The notes beneath the pieces are model-generated. The model searched no databases. It was not told the DNA's origin and was given only the letters and a program-made list of their open reading frames with translations. The position numbers were made by a program, and so were the translations under genes. Positions 1 through 9,677 of a DNA stretch of 64,000 nucleotides are shown in pieces. The first letter of the stretch is position 1. Every line of letters starts with the position of its first letter. Origin of the DNA: Candidatus Ozemobacteraceae bacterium (GTDB lineage Bacteria > Muiribacteriota > Ozemobacteria > Ozemobacterales > Ozemobacteraceae); assembly GCA_965140445.1 (NCBI GenBank), contig OZ223236.1, forward strand, positions 3,392,001 through 3,456,000, written 5' to 3'.

Positions 1-196
1 ATTGAACCATGGAATCAATTGAAAAGCCTTCACCTAAAATTTCATTTACTGTGTAGCCGGCATTTCTAAATAGATGAGAACCAGTCACCAACAATTGTGG
101 ATTGATATTGTAACAATTTTGCAATTCCTGAGCCAGGAGTTTCAGGTGCCCCCACTCTGCTCTTGAACCTGTTACTATGCAGATGTTTTTTTTCAT
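1..196 (-). CDS. neuC: UDP-N-acetylglucosamine 2-epimerase (hydrolysing, NeuC-like), N-terminus only; runs off the left edge
   Basis: Manual translation from ATG at 196: MKKNICIVTGSRAEWGHLKLL...LLVTGSHL, matching the NeuC-type TGxRAE and VTGxHL motifs; absent from the ORF track because there is no stop in the window. Confidence 0.8.
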   Translation of the reverse strand, partial: MKKNICIVTGSRAEWGHLKLLAQELQNCYNINPQLLVTGSHLFRNAGYTVNEILGEGFSIDSMVQ

Positions 197-292
197 AGTC
201 TTTCTATAAGCAGCTTCTATCAGAATTCACTAATTTTTCATGTGCATTTTGCCGATAATAATAATGGAATTAATAATGCAGGAGGTAAATTT

Positions 293-442
293 ATGTGTGC
301 ACAAGAATTAGTTGCTCTGTTCAGGTTTTCAGGTAATACCTGCCCGTCATGCAAACGCATTGTAAGTAGGTATGAGAAAACTTTAATTCTGTCAGATGAT
401 GATATAGAACACCTCCAGGTCTGTGTTTTAAAACCGATGTAA
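293..442 (+). CDS. small hypothetical protein with CxxC (49 aa)
   Basis: GGAGGT RBS at 281-286 before ATG 293; CPSC motif. Confidence 0.45.
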   Translation: MCAQELVALFRFSGNTCPSCKRIVSRYEKTLILSDDDIEHLQVCVLKPM

Positions 443-572
443 TCAGTTTATTAAACGTTTTCCTGCTTTTTTTTAATCAGAAAAACTTTAAAACAAAATA
501 AATCTTAGGGTTGGTTCCGCTCTTCATATCATACCAGAGTTTTCTGGATTGAGCAGAATCAACCCTTATTAG

Positions 573-1955
573 TTATATTTTTGGAAAACTAAACTGACTG
601 CGCTTAATAAATTTTCCATAGCCCTTTTCTCCAAGCCATTTGTTGTCCTGGACAAGAATTCTTCCTCTGGCTATAGTGATTTCATTCCATCCCTTACCTA
701 ACACCCCTTCAAACACTGAATAGTCTGAATTCATATGCAGATCATCATTGCAAACCAAGTGTTCTTTCTGGGGATTGAAAACCATAATGTCCGCATCTGT
801 CCCAGGAATTAAGCTCCCTTTTTCGGGGTACATGCCAAAAATTCTTGCTGGATTTTCTGTTATAGACTTAATTGCACTTGCAATATTCACCTGATTGGCC
901 TCTGCTCCCCATAAAACAAGAGCTGGAAGAGTTTCAATACCGCCCAATCCCATTGGCAATTCTGTAATCTTGTTATTCCATAAGTCCTTATTGGCTTTGG
1001 TAAACGGGCAATGGTCAGTAGCCATAACTGAAATATCTGCTGAATCTAAATTTTTCCATAGTCCTTGCTGTTGTTCTTTTTCACGGATTGGCGGACAACA
1101 ACCAAAATAATGTCCATTTTCTTCTCTAAATTTAGTATTGTCCAGATAAAGATATTGTGGACAGCTTTCACCAAATATTCTGGTTCCTCTGGACCGCTCT
1201 GCTCTTATTACATCTGCACCTTCACCGCTGGAGACATGAACTACATATACAGGGCAAGCTGTGGCACGTGATAAGTCTGCAATTCTTCTAATTGCCTCAA
1301 CCTCTGTAAAAACGGGTCTGGTTTCAGGAAGCATTTCTATGCCTAGTTTGCCACTTAACTCTGCTTTTTCTGTTAGAGAATCAATAATCGCACCATTTTC
1401 AGCATGAACCGTAAGAAGAATATCGTGAAGTTTACATAACTTCATGATTTCGAGCAGATTTTCATCAGACTGCATCATTCCGGCTTTTCCATAAGCCATA
1501 AACACTTTTAAACTTGGTATCCCGGAATCCGGTAACCAGGCGAAATCATCCTTAACTTCCTTAGAAAACCGGCCTATGCAGGAATGAAAAGAAAAGTCCA
1601 CGCAGGCATTTCCCTGAGCCTCATTTAATCTTCTTTCAAAGCTGGCTTTAAGACCTTCTTCACCTTTTTGTGCAGTAAAATCAATAATTGAAGTTACTCC
1701 TCCAAAAGCGCCTGCACGTGTACCTGAGAAAAAATCGTCCGCAGAAATTGCCCCTGCAAAAGGAAGAGAGAAATGCGTGTGAACATCTATCGCGCCAGGT
1801 AACACCCATTTCCCAGAGCAATCTATTTCATTTTTTCCGCTTAGATCTTTACCAATAGCAGCGATCTTTTCACCCGTAACTGCAAGATCACCATTAAAAA
1901 ACTCGTGTCCAAAAAAGATTGAGCCATTTTTTAATACTAAATCAAACATTTTCAT
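573..1955 (-). CDS. hydA: dihydropyrimidinase / D-hydantoinase
   Basis: PGAIDVHTH, GGVTSIIDF, SLKVFMAY, VHAENG, ATDHCPF cyclic-amidohydrolase motifs. Confidence 0.9.
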   Translation of the reverse strand: MKMFDLVLKNGSIFFGHEFFNGDLAVTGEKIAAIGKDLSGKNEIDCSGKWVLPGAIDVHTHFSLPFAGAISADDFFSGTRAGAFGGVTSIIDFTAQKGEEGLKASFERRLNEAQGNACVDFSFHSCIGRFSKEVKDDFAWLPDSGIPSLKVFMAYGKAGMMQSDENLLEIMKLCKLHDILLTVHAENGAIIDSLTEKAELSGKLGIEMLPETRPVFTEVEAIRRIADLSRATACPVYVVHVSSGEGADVIRAERSRGTRIFGESCPQYLYLDNTKFREENGHYFGCCPPIREKEQQQGLWKNLDSADISVMATDHCPFTKANKDLWNNKITELPMGLGGIETLPALVLWGAEANQVNIASAIKSITENPARIFGMYPEKGSLIPGTDADIMVFNPQKEHLVCNDDLHMNSDYSVFEGVLGKGWNEITIARGRILVQDNKWLGEKGYGKFIKRSQFSFPKI

Positions 1956-2001
1956 TCCCTTTTTACTTTAATAATTTAAAATTATAAGATTTCTGCCGAA
2001 A

Positions 2002-2211
2002 TTGAAACCGAGAATTGCAGAAAGTGAGGAAGGAATTTTGAATTTTAATTCAATTTTAACTGGTTTTATTTCGGGGGCCGTTTGCGGAGCTATTTTGCTA
2101 ATCGGAAGCTGGGCGTTCTTTATTCGGAAAATTCCCGGTCTTTTGCGAACCGAAATAGTAAAGGATTTATCCCATTATGGAAGAGATCCCAGAAGTAGGT
2201 TCATAAAATAA
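2002..2211 (+). CDS. small membrane hypothetical protein
   Basis: One hydrophobic segment; followed directly by a terminator-like hairpin; start uncertain. Confidence 0.4.
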   Translation: MKPRIAESEEGILNFNSILTGFISGAVCGAILLIGSWAFFIRKIPGLLRTEIVKDLSHYGRDPRSRFIK

Positions 2212-2226
2212 CCATATTTTTTAAAG

Positions 2227-2251
2227 AAAAGCCCAAATGGGCTTTTTTTTT
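2227..2251 (+). terminator. rho-independent terminator
   Basis: AAAAGCCC-aaat-GGGCTTTT followed by a T-run. Confidence 0.7.
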
Positions 2252-2291
2252 ATTTTCAAAATTGAAAAATGTATGTAGGATATGCTTTGAA

Positions 2292-3716
2292 ATGTCTGAC
2301 AATAACGAACAAAAACGAAATGAAGCCAAAGGCCGGATCTTTAATTTCTTTAAAAATAAAGAAATTAAGCAGGGTATTGCTTTGTTTCATAAAGTTTTCA
2401 ATGAAAAAGAACCGCCTGAAGTAGAGTTTCTTAAAAGGGTTTATACCGAGCTCAACAGGCTTGAAAATACTGAACTGGGATTTCGACTGATTGAAGAGGT
2501 TTCTCCATGGTTCCCTTTAGATGGAGACATGAAAGAGCTTCGTGCCACATCCCGAAAAATATTTTTCGATTATTTGCTCGCTAAAGGAAACCAAAGCCTT
2601 AATAAAAGAGAAGAGAAGGCTGTTAAATTTGAAGAAAGTTTAAAGCGAACCGATTCCTTAGCCAGAGACAGAGTAAAATCCGAAAACGAAAAAATACTAA
2701 CAAACCTGGGTAAAAATGCGCTGGCAGTTTTTCAACAGGCCTATGAGTTAAATCCAGACAGTATCGGTGCTTTAACTGGTTTATTAAGATGTTACAGAAT
2801 ACTAAATGATGTTGCAAAAATTGAGGAAATATCCAAAATCCTCGAAGACAAATCCCCATTTCTTAAAAAAGGCGCTTCTCATTTCATAGAAGAAGTTGCA
2901 AGTCTCCAGATTGCTGAACAAAGAGAGTTTGACATTGAAGAATTTAATATTCTTGAAGTGCAAAAGCTCTATGAATCAAAGCATTATAGCGATGTTATTA
3001 AACGAGTTGATGAGCTTCATCTTTCTCACAAGGTAAGTGTACCCCTGCTGATTCTAAAAGCTGATTCTCTTGTCGAACTAAGAAGGTTCAATGAATCAGA
3101 CCTGGTAGTTAAAGAGGCGGATCGTGAAAATTCCCATCTTAAAGAAGTTAATGAACTTAAAATGCAAATCAGAGAAGTTAAGTTCAGATTACTCTCTAAA
3201 GCAGGGAAAGTTTATCTTACCAAAGGCCTGGAATTAGGTAAAAGTCTGGGCAAAAGACATTTCAAGAAAGCTAGAAAATGCGTGAGAAGAGCTTTGGATT
3301 TGTTTCCAGAGAATATAGATCTTCTGGACCAGTTGTATACAATTTACATTTATCTCGACGAAGACGAAGAAGCTTTTAGAATTAAAGCCCAGATATATAA
3401 ACAAAATCCAAGATTTATTCCTACTTTTGATAAGGAGGGGGAATCTTCCTTTTGTTTTTTCGCCACATATCTGTATTTTGAAACCCCTTCTGACCTGGAG
3501 ATTTTCCGTTGGTTTAGAAGAGAAATCCTGCTACCATGGGAATTCGGTAAATTACTAAACCGACTTTATGTAAAAATTTCACCAAATATAGTAAACTTAT
3601 TTAAGAGGGCAAAAGTCCCTAAAGCTCTTTTAAGATTTGCTTTTTGCCCTGTAAAAACAGGCATTGGTATAATTAAACTATTTTTGGATAAGGTGCATAT
3701 TAATGAAACTGAGTAG
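2292..3716 (+). CDS. TPR-like helical protein with C-terminal CFI-box-CTERM-like domain
   Basis: TPR-like helices (AYELNPD, ALDLFPEN); C-terminal CFFATYLY..FRWFRREILL..GKLLNRLYVKISP. Confidence 0.65.
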   Translation: MSDNNEQKRNEAKGRIFNFFKNKEIKQGIALFHKVFNEKEPPEVEFLKRVYTELNRLENTELGFRLIEEVSPWFPLDGDMKELRATSRKIFFDYLLAKGNQSLNKREEKAVKFEESLKRTDSLARDRVKSENEKILTNLGKNALAVFQQAYELNPDSIGALTGLLRCYRILNDVAKIEEISKILEDKSPFLKKGASHFIEEVASLQIAEQREFDIEEFNILEVQKLYESKHYSDVIKRVDELHLSHKVSVPLLILKADSLVELRRFNESDLVVKEADRENSHLKEVNELKMQIREVKFRLLSKAGKVYLTKGLELGKSLGKRHFKKARKCVRRALDLFPENIDLLDQLYTIYIYLDEDEEAFRIKAQIYKQNPRFIPTFDKEGESSFCFFATYLYFETPSDLEIFRWFRREILLPWEFGKLLNRLYVKISPNIVNLFKRAKVPKALLRFAFCPVKTGIGIIKLFLDKVHINETE

Positions 3717-4935
3717 AATCTTTCTTCTATCAATAGTCTACCTCTTTGTAGTTACTTCTCTTTCTTTTGCAGTAGAAGTTGACCAGGAACTATTAAGAGT
3801 AGGAATTGCTCATAAAACAGATATTTCTACGATTAGACTGCAAAGTTTCAGTGGAAACTGGACATTAAAGCTTTTTCCAAAACCAGCTTCTGGTAGCAAG
3901 GAGATTCCCCCCCCTGAAAAAGAAATTGTAATAGAGGGTGAAGACATTTCACTTATGGTTGTTCCTAAAGGAATTGTCTGTAAAACCTCTACAGGAAAAG
4001 ATGTGGATACTGGCTATGAAAAAATAGTTATCAGCGGCGGCGAAATTGTCAATCTTGAGGTTCCTAATCAAGCACCGATTCTCTTTCTTGGTGAATTAGA
4101 AATTTCTTTAAATGAACAGTTCCTCAAAATAGTTAATATTATTAAGTTTCATCAGTTTCTGGTTTCTTCGGTTTCCAAGTTTGCTACTTGCACAGAACCA
4201 GAAGCTATTAAAGCTTTTATAATTATGGCAAGAACCAGATTAATGTATTTAAAGGCTAATAAGCCACATCCAAAAGAAAACTTTGATGTGTGCGATGAAG
4301 AACACTGTCTTCCTTTTAATGGCGCAAGCTTTAATAGGGAGTTGATAGATATTCTAGTTGGAATGGTTAAAAATAAGCACCTTTTATATAAGAATAAACT
4401 GTTTTTCCCACGTTACCAGGAGTGTTGCGGAGGTAAAATTTCTTCAGGAAAAGAAATCTTCGATGAAAATGAGCCGTATCACGTTGATAAAATAGACAGA
4501 TTAGAGGATGAAGGATCAGAAAATTGTTTCCATAGTCCCGGATTTCATTGGTCCATCGAATTATCTAAAAAAAGTATTTTAGAATTTCTTTCTGTGACTT
4601 ATGCAGGTGGAGCGGATAGACTTTTATCCGGCTGGGAACCCGTTAAAGTTGATAGAAACGGAAGAATCTCACAGGTTCTTCTGAGAGGAAGGCGACCAAA
4701 GAAAATTTCCGGGGTCAAGTTTCTTCAGGACACACAAGCATACTTCGGACCAAACGCCATCAAAAGTATGAAATTTAATATGGACATCCTTCGCCGCTCA
4801 GTAATTTTCAGAGGAATGGGTCAGGGTGAAGGCGTTGGAATGTGCATTTATGGTGCGGATGGTATGGCAAAAAAAGCCATTAAATTCAAAAAGATCCTGG
4901 AATTTTATTATCCAGGAACTTCTTTAAAAAACTAA
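3703..4935 (+). CDS. SpoIID/LytB domain protein
   Basis: Signal peptide; EAIKAFIIMART, FDVCDEEHC, GQGEGVGMC, ILEFYYPGT. Confidence 0.85.
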   Translation: MKLSRIFLLSIVYLFVVTSLSFAVEVDQELLRVGIAHKTDISTIRLQSFSGNWTLKLFPKPASGSKEIPPPEKEIVIEGEDISLMVVPKGIVCKTSTGKDVDTGYEKIVISGGEIVNLEVPNQAPILFLGELEISLNEQFLKIVNIIKFHQFLVSSVSKFATCTEPEAIKAFIIMARTRLMYLKANKPHPKENFDVCDEEHCLPFNGASFNRELIDILVGMVKNKHLLYKNKLFFPRYQECCGGKISSGKEIFDENEPYHVDKIDRLEDEGSENCFHSPGFHWSIELSKKSILEFLSVTYAGGADRLLSGWEPVKVDRNGRISQVLLRGRRPKKISGVKFLQDTQAYFGPNAIKSMKFNMDILRRSVIFRGMGQGEGVGMCIYGADGMAKKAIKFKKILEFYYPGTSLKN

Positions 4936-5133
4936 AACAGTGCTCTTGAAAGAGCTCTGAAATTATTCCATAGTTATTTCGCAAGAAAGAAATATAGTTA
5001 GAACCGTAGCAAGAAAAAGTGGCAAAGTTCCCATATTATTTCCTCCAATTTATTGGTTTATATTCTTTATATCGGCAAAGCAATTAACTTAACTGAATAA
5101 TTTAGATAAAAAATTTCAGTTCAGGAGAAATTA

Positions 5134-5451
5134 ATGAACAATTTTATAATGGTATTTTCAAGCTTTCCAACTTCAGACATTGCAAATAAAATAGCAAAAA
5201 CACTGGTACAGGAGAAACTCGCGGCCTGCGTTAATATTCTGCCTGGTGTGCAATCCATATTTTTCTGGGAAAATGAGTTAAATGAAGCTAACGAATCCCT
5301 CATTCTTATTAAAACCAAGTCTTCTAATTATGAGGAATTGGAAAAAAGAATACTTGAACTTCATCCATACGCCTGCCCTGAAGTTATTGGAGTAAACTTG
5401 GAAGCAGGTAGCTCCAAATTTTTAAATTGGATTGAACAGGTAACCAAATAA
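5134..5451 (+). CDS. cutA: divalent-cation tolerance protein CutA
   Basis: LVQEKLAACVNI, LIKT, HPYACPEVI motifs. Confidence 0.9.
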   Translation: MNNFIMVFSSFPTSDIANKIAKTLVQEKLAACVNILPGVQSIFFWENELNEANESLILIKTKSSNYEELEKRILELHPYACPEVIGVNLEAGSSKFLNWIEQVTK

Positions 5452-7424
5452 TGGTTAAAACCTTCTTTTTACGCCCATCAGAAACTCAATGTAATTTTGA
5501 AATCGAATATGAAAAATTACTGAATAAAGAGCAGCTGGAGGCTGTGAAAAATTTCCATGGGCCAATGCTATGCATTGCAGGCGCTGGATCGGGAAAAACG
5601 CGAACGCTTATTTATCGCGTTGCAAGAATGATTGAATCAGGAATTGATCCGGAAAGCATTTTACTCCTTACTTTTACACGAAAAGCCGCTAAGGGAATGC
5701 TTAACAAAGTGGCGGCATTGATTGGTGAAAAAGGGCAAAAAGTAGCCGGTGGAACATATCATTCTTTTGCCAATCAGATATTGCGTAGATATGGCCATTT
5801 CATTGGCTTGCCAGCTTCTTTTTCCATCATGGACGAAGCTGACTCCTGTGATGTTATTAACTTTATAAGAGCCGAACTTGAGCTAAATAAGAAAGAAACA
5901 AGGTTTCCAAAGAAAAAGACCATATTCCAGATTTATTCGAAAGCCATAAACCTTGAATTATCGGTTCAAAATGTCATAGAGGAGTTTTACTCGCATTTTG
6001 TGGATCATACTGACGATATTAAAAAGATCATTCAACGCTACTCGGATTACAAAAAAGAAAATTTCCTTGTCGATTATGATGATTTATTAGTTTTATTGCA
6101 TCAGCTTTTAACTACCATACCTGAAGCTAAAGAAAGAATCTGCTCAAAATATAAATACATAATGGCGGATGAATACCAGGATACCAACGGACTCCAGGCA
6201 AAAATCACTTTTGAACTTGGCGGTGAAAAGAAAAACATCATGGTAGTTGGAGATGATTCGCAGAGTATTTATTCTTTCAGAGGTGCCAGAGTAAAAAACA
6301 TTTTGGAGTTTCCCGAAAATTTTGCTAACTGCACAGTAATAAAACTTGAAAGAAACTATAGAAGTGTAAATACAATTTTGACTTCTGCAAATTCATTAAT
6401 GAAAAAAGCCCGGGAAGGTTATGAAAAGAATCTTTTCACCACCAAAGAAGGGGGCGAAAAGCCAGGAAAAGTTAGATGCGAAGATGATCAAGAACAGGCA
6501 ATGCTTATCGCATCCAGAATTTTAGATTTGCGGGAAGAAGGAATTCCTCTAAATGAAATTGCCGTCCTTTTCAGGTCAGGGTTTCATTCTTTTCAGCTCG
6601 AACTGGAGTTAAAACGACGCAACATACCCTTTGTAAAATGGGGAGGTTACAAATTTCTTGAATCAACCCATTTAAAGGATATTCTTGCCCATTTGAGGAT
6701 TTTTCAAAATCCCTACGATCAGGTTTCATGGCTTAGAGTTCTCCTCTTGATAGAAGGCATAGGAACACAGACCGCAACAGGCTTGTTTAAAAAGATTAAG
6801 GAAGTAGAAAATCCGTTTGATCTTGAGAAACTCGACCTTCCACCCAAATTAAAGGATAGATTGAAAAATCTGACCGGCTTGTTAAAAAGTTTGTCAAAAA
6901 TAGAAAGCCCCCCACCCTCAAGGTGTCTTGATCTGATAACCGAGTATTATTTTCCAATTTTAAAAAAGAATCACGATAATTATCCCAAAAGATTAAAAGA
7001 TATCGACCAACTTGCTATCATTGCCGGTAAATTTAATAGTCTGGCTGAATTTTTGTCCGAGTTAAGCCTTGAGCCACCTAGAGATTCCGTTGATGGGGTG
7101 TTAACAGCTAAAGATCAAAACGATGACGAATCGATGGTTCTTTCAACTATTCATTCTTCAAAAGGTCTTGAATGGCATTCGGTTTTTATAATTTGGGCTC
7201 TGGAAGGAAGATTTCCGTCGTTTGCGGCCATGGGTTCAGATCAGGAGCTTGAAGAGGAGCGGCGCCTAATGTATGTGGCTATGACGAGGGCAAAAGAAAA
7301 TCTGCTGATCACTTATCCCGGAAGCTTTTTCGATCCAATTTCAAGTGGCCTTTTATCAAGACCTTCAAGATTTCTTGAGGAAATTGGCGAAGAAAACTTG
7401 GAAAAATGGGAAATCTCCAGATAA
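5451..7424 (+). CDS. UvrD/PcrA/Rep family ATP-dependent DNA helicase
   Basis: AGAGSGKT, DEYQD, VGDDSQSIYSFRGA, NYRS, STIHSSKGLEW, EERRLMYVAMTRAK. Confidence 0.92.
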   Translation: MVKTFFLRPSETQCNFEIEYEKLLNKEQLEAVKNFHGPMLCIAGAGSGKTRTLIYRVARMIESGIDPESILLLTFTRKAAKGMLNKVAALIGEKGQKVAGGTYHSFANQILRRYGHFIGLPASFSIMDEADSCDVINFIRAELELNKKETRFPKKKTIFQIYSKAINLELSVQNVIEEFYSHFVDHTDDIKKIIQRYSDYKKENFLVDYDDLLVLLHQLLTTIPEAKERICSKYKYIMADEYQDTNGLQAKITFELGGEKKNIMVVGDDSQSIYSFRGARVKNILEFPENFANCTVIKLERNYRSVNTILTSANSLMKKAREGYEKNLFTTKEGGEKPGKVRCEDDQEQAMLIASRILDLREEGIPLNEIAVLFRSGFHSFQLELELKRRNIPFVKWGGYKFLESTHLKDILAHLRIFQNPYDQVSWLRVLLLIEGIGTQTATGLFKKIKEVENPFDLEKLDLPPKLKDRLKNLTGLLKSLSKIESPPPSRCLDLITEYYFPILKKNHDNYPKRLKDIDQLAIIAGKFNSLAEFLSELSLEPPRDSVDGVLTAKDQNDDESMVLSTIHSSKGLEWHSVFIIWALEGRFPSFAAMGSDQELEEERRLMYVAMTRAKENLLITYPGSFFDPISSGLLSRPSRFLEEIGEENLEKWEISR

Positions 7425-7592
7425 GTTATTTTTTTTAAATACGGATTTTCTTCAAAGAATGTGGAGGTTGGCTTCTCTTAACTCTTTTTAAAAGGCTTTT
7501 AGGCTATTTCTTGCCTTGACATGGGGATTCAATTTTTGTTAGATTGCCCGTCAATAAACTTCGCTCAAAGAAATAGTATGGAGGCACCCATA

Positions 7593-9677
7593 GTGGTCCG
7601 AAACCTTTCCATTGTAGCAGTCTTAATGACATTAATTCTTGTAGGTCTTGTTATGCACGACCACTTCAGCATTCCAAGCAAAAACCTCGTTATCTACTAT
7701 ACCTCCAATTTAAGAGGCCAGATCCAACCCTTTTCTGGAACAGTATTAGACAGGTATTATGAAAAAGCTGGTGGACTGGCTTTTATAAAAGGCTTTATAG
7801 AAGAAAGTTCTAAAAAGTTTAACTTTAAAGCCGAAAATACAATTCTGCTTGATACTGGTGATGCCTTGTTTGGATCTGCTGAAGCTTCTTTAACAATGGG
7901 CGAAGTTCCGCTGTCTCTAATGGGAAAAGCTTCCTATGACGCCATGGCCATCGGAAACATGGAATTTGAATTTGGATTTGACAGGTTAAAATATTTCATT
8001 CGAAAAAAAGAAGTTCCCATGCTGGCATGTAATTACAGAGAAGTTACAGCAGCAGTTGGACAAACTTTTACGCCGGGAATTATTATAGAAAAAGCTGGAA
8101 CAAAAATTGGAATCGTAGGCGCGGGTCATGGCGATTTAGCCCGAAATACCCGACAGGATAATATTGTTAACGTTGAAGTTTCTGATATTTTTGCATCGGT
8201 AACTAAAACGGCGGCTCTCTTAAAGGCCAAAGGTGCAGAGCTAATTATTCTTGTATCCCATCATCCAGAGCTTGATTCATATAAGAACCTAAAAGAAACT
8301 TTCCCTGATATAGATATAATTATTGGGGATCTGATTGGTCCTTATCAATCAACAACAGGATTACCAATGATTTGCCAGACGGCACCAAATCGTGGCGGTG
8401 GCGTTGGTATGATAAAGATCCCTTATGTCGGTGGCAAGTGGGATATAGCAAAAGGTTTTCAAAGGATTTTCGCCATTGATGCAAGTGTAACCAAGCCTGA
8501 CAAGGACCTTGTCCAGGAAATCAGCCGCGTTGAATCCAAAATCGACACTTTACTTGAAGAAGTTATTACCCAAAGCAAGGGAAATTTTCAGCGATCATAC
8601 AACGATGAGTCTTCTCTGGGAAATTTGATTGCCGACAGTATCAGAGATATTACCGGTGCTGATATCGCTTTTCAAAATTCAGGGGGAATCAAAGCGGTTC
8701 TTTCCGAAGGGGCCGTTTCTCTTAGAAATCTGTTTGATATGCTGCCATTTGAAAATACTATTGTAACAGTAACCTTAAAAGGCTGGCAGGTGGAAAACCT
8801 TGTTGAAGAAAGTCTTTCAGGAAAATCAGGCTTTTTGCAAGCTTCTGGTATAAACTGCACTTATTCCAGCTCCAACCCTATTGGGTTCAGAGTTATTCAA
8901 ATTGATGTTGGCGAAGACCCACTTGAATTTGATAAAGAATACTCGGTGGCTATAAACGATTTTATGCGAAGCAACGACATGGATTGGCCAGAATTTCAAA
9001 ATTCCACCAATGAAAAGATTCATGGTCTGCTGCGTGAAAGCCTTGAGAAATACCTTAGAAAAAAACCTTTTATTGAACCAATTCTTACCAAGAGATTTGT
9101 TGATTTTGAGGAAATGGATGAGACTCTCAGGGTTCAGGCATTATCTTTTGAATTAGCCAGTCTTACTTCTCCAGTTGTGCATGATGGCACTTCCGATTCG
9201 GAATATGGAAGACTTGTTTGTGATGTTATCAAGTCAGAAACAAAAGCTGATTTCAGTTTGATTCCTGTTTCTCTATTGATAAGAAATCGTGAACCATTGT
9301 CAGCTGTTACCCCTGGAAGAGTTCTTTCTGATTTTGCCACCAATGAGGGAGTAAAGGTTTTGCAGATTACCGGAAAAACTCTGGAAAGAATAATTGCAGC
9401 CTCAATTTCTTCGGCAACAACCCCACTCTGCTTTGCAGGATTTTCTATAGAGCTACAGGAAGGCGGAAAATTTAAGATTTTCCCATGGGAAGGGAACTTT
9501 GATGAAAATAACATTTACAAAGTTGCAATAAACGAAAAATTCCCAACCAGGCATGAAAACTTCTATGATTTCACAGAAAATAAGATGACAAAGTTTTCCA
9601 GTGATATCAGAAGAACTTTTATAAATGGTCTGCGAAAAACCAATGGAAAGGTAGATCTAAAGCGTGCCATTTATTAA
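7593..9677 (+). CDS. membrane-anchored 5'-nucleotidase/metallophosphoesterase-like protein with degenerate catalytic site
   Basis: N-terminal TM; DTGD retained but TSNLRG, GNME and IIIGD replace DxH, GNHE and GHSH; C-terminal ESSLGNLIAD..NSGGIK..LPFEN domain; GGAGG RBS before GTG 7593 (ORF open from 7521). Confidence 0.8.
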   Translation: MVRNLSIVAVLMTLILVGLVMHDHFSIPSKNLVIYYTSNLRGQIQPFSGTVLDRYYEKAGGLAFIKGFIEESSKKFNFKAENTILLDTGDALFGSAEASLTMGEVPLSLMGKASYDAMAIGNMEFEFGFDRLKYFIRKKEVPMLACNYREVTAAVGQTFTPGIIIEKAGTKIGIVGAGHGDLARNTRQDNIVNVEVSDIFASVTKTAALLKAKGAELIILVSHHPELDSYKNLKETFPDIDIIIGDLIGPYQSTTGLPMICQTAPNRGGGVGMIKIPYVGGKWDIAKGFQRIFAIDASVTKPDKDLVQEISRVESKIDTLLEEVITQSKGNFQRSYNDESSLGNLIADSIRDITGADIAFQNSGGIKAVLSEGAVSLRNLFDMLPFENTIVTVTLKGWQVENLVEESLSGKSGFLQASGINCTYSSSNPIGFRVIQIDVGEDPLEFDKEYSVAINDFMRSNDMDWPEFQNSTNEKIHGLLRESLEKYLRKKPFIEPILTKRFVDFEEMDETLRVQALSFELASLTSPVVHDGTSDSEYGRLVCDVIKSETKADFSLIPVSLLIRNREPLSAVTPGRVLSDFATNEGVKVLQITGKTLERIIAASISSATTPLCFAGFSIELQEGGKFKIFPWEGNFDENNIYKVAINEKFPTRHENFYDFTENKMTKFSSDIRRTFINGLRKTNGKVDLKRAIY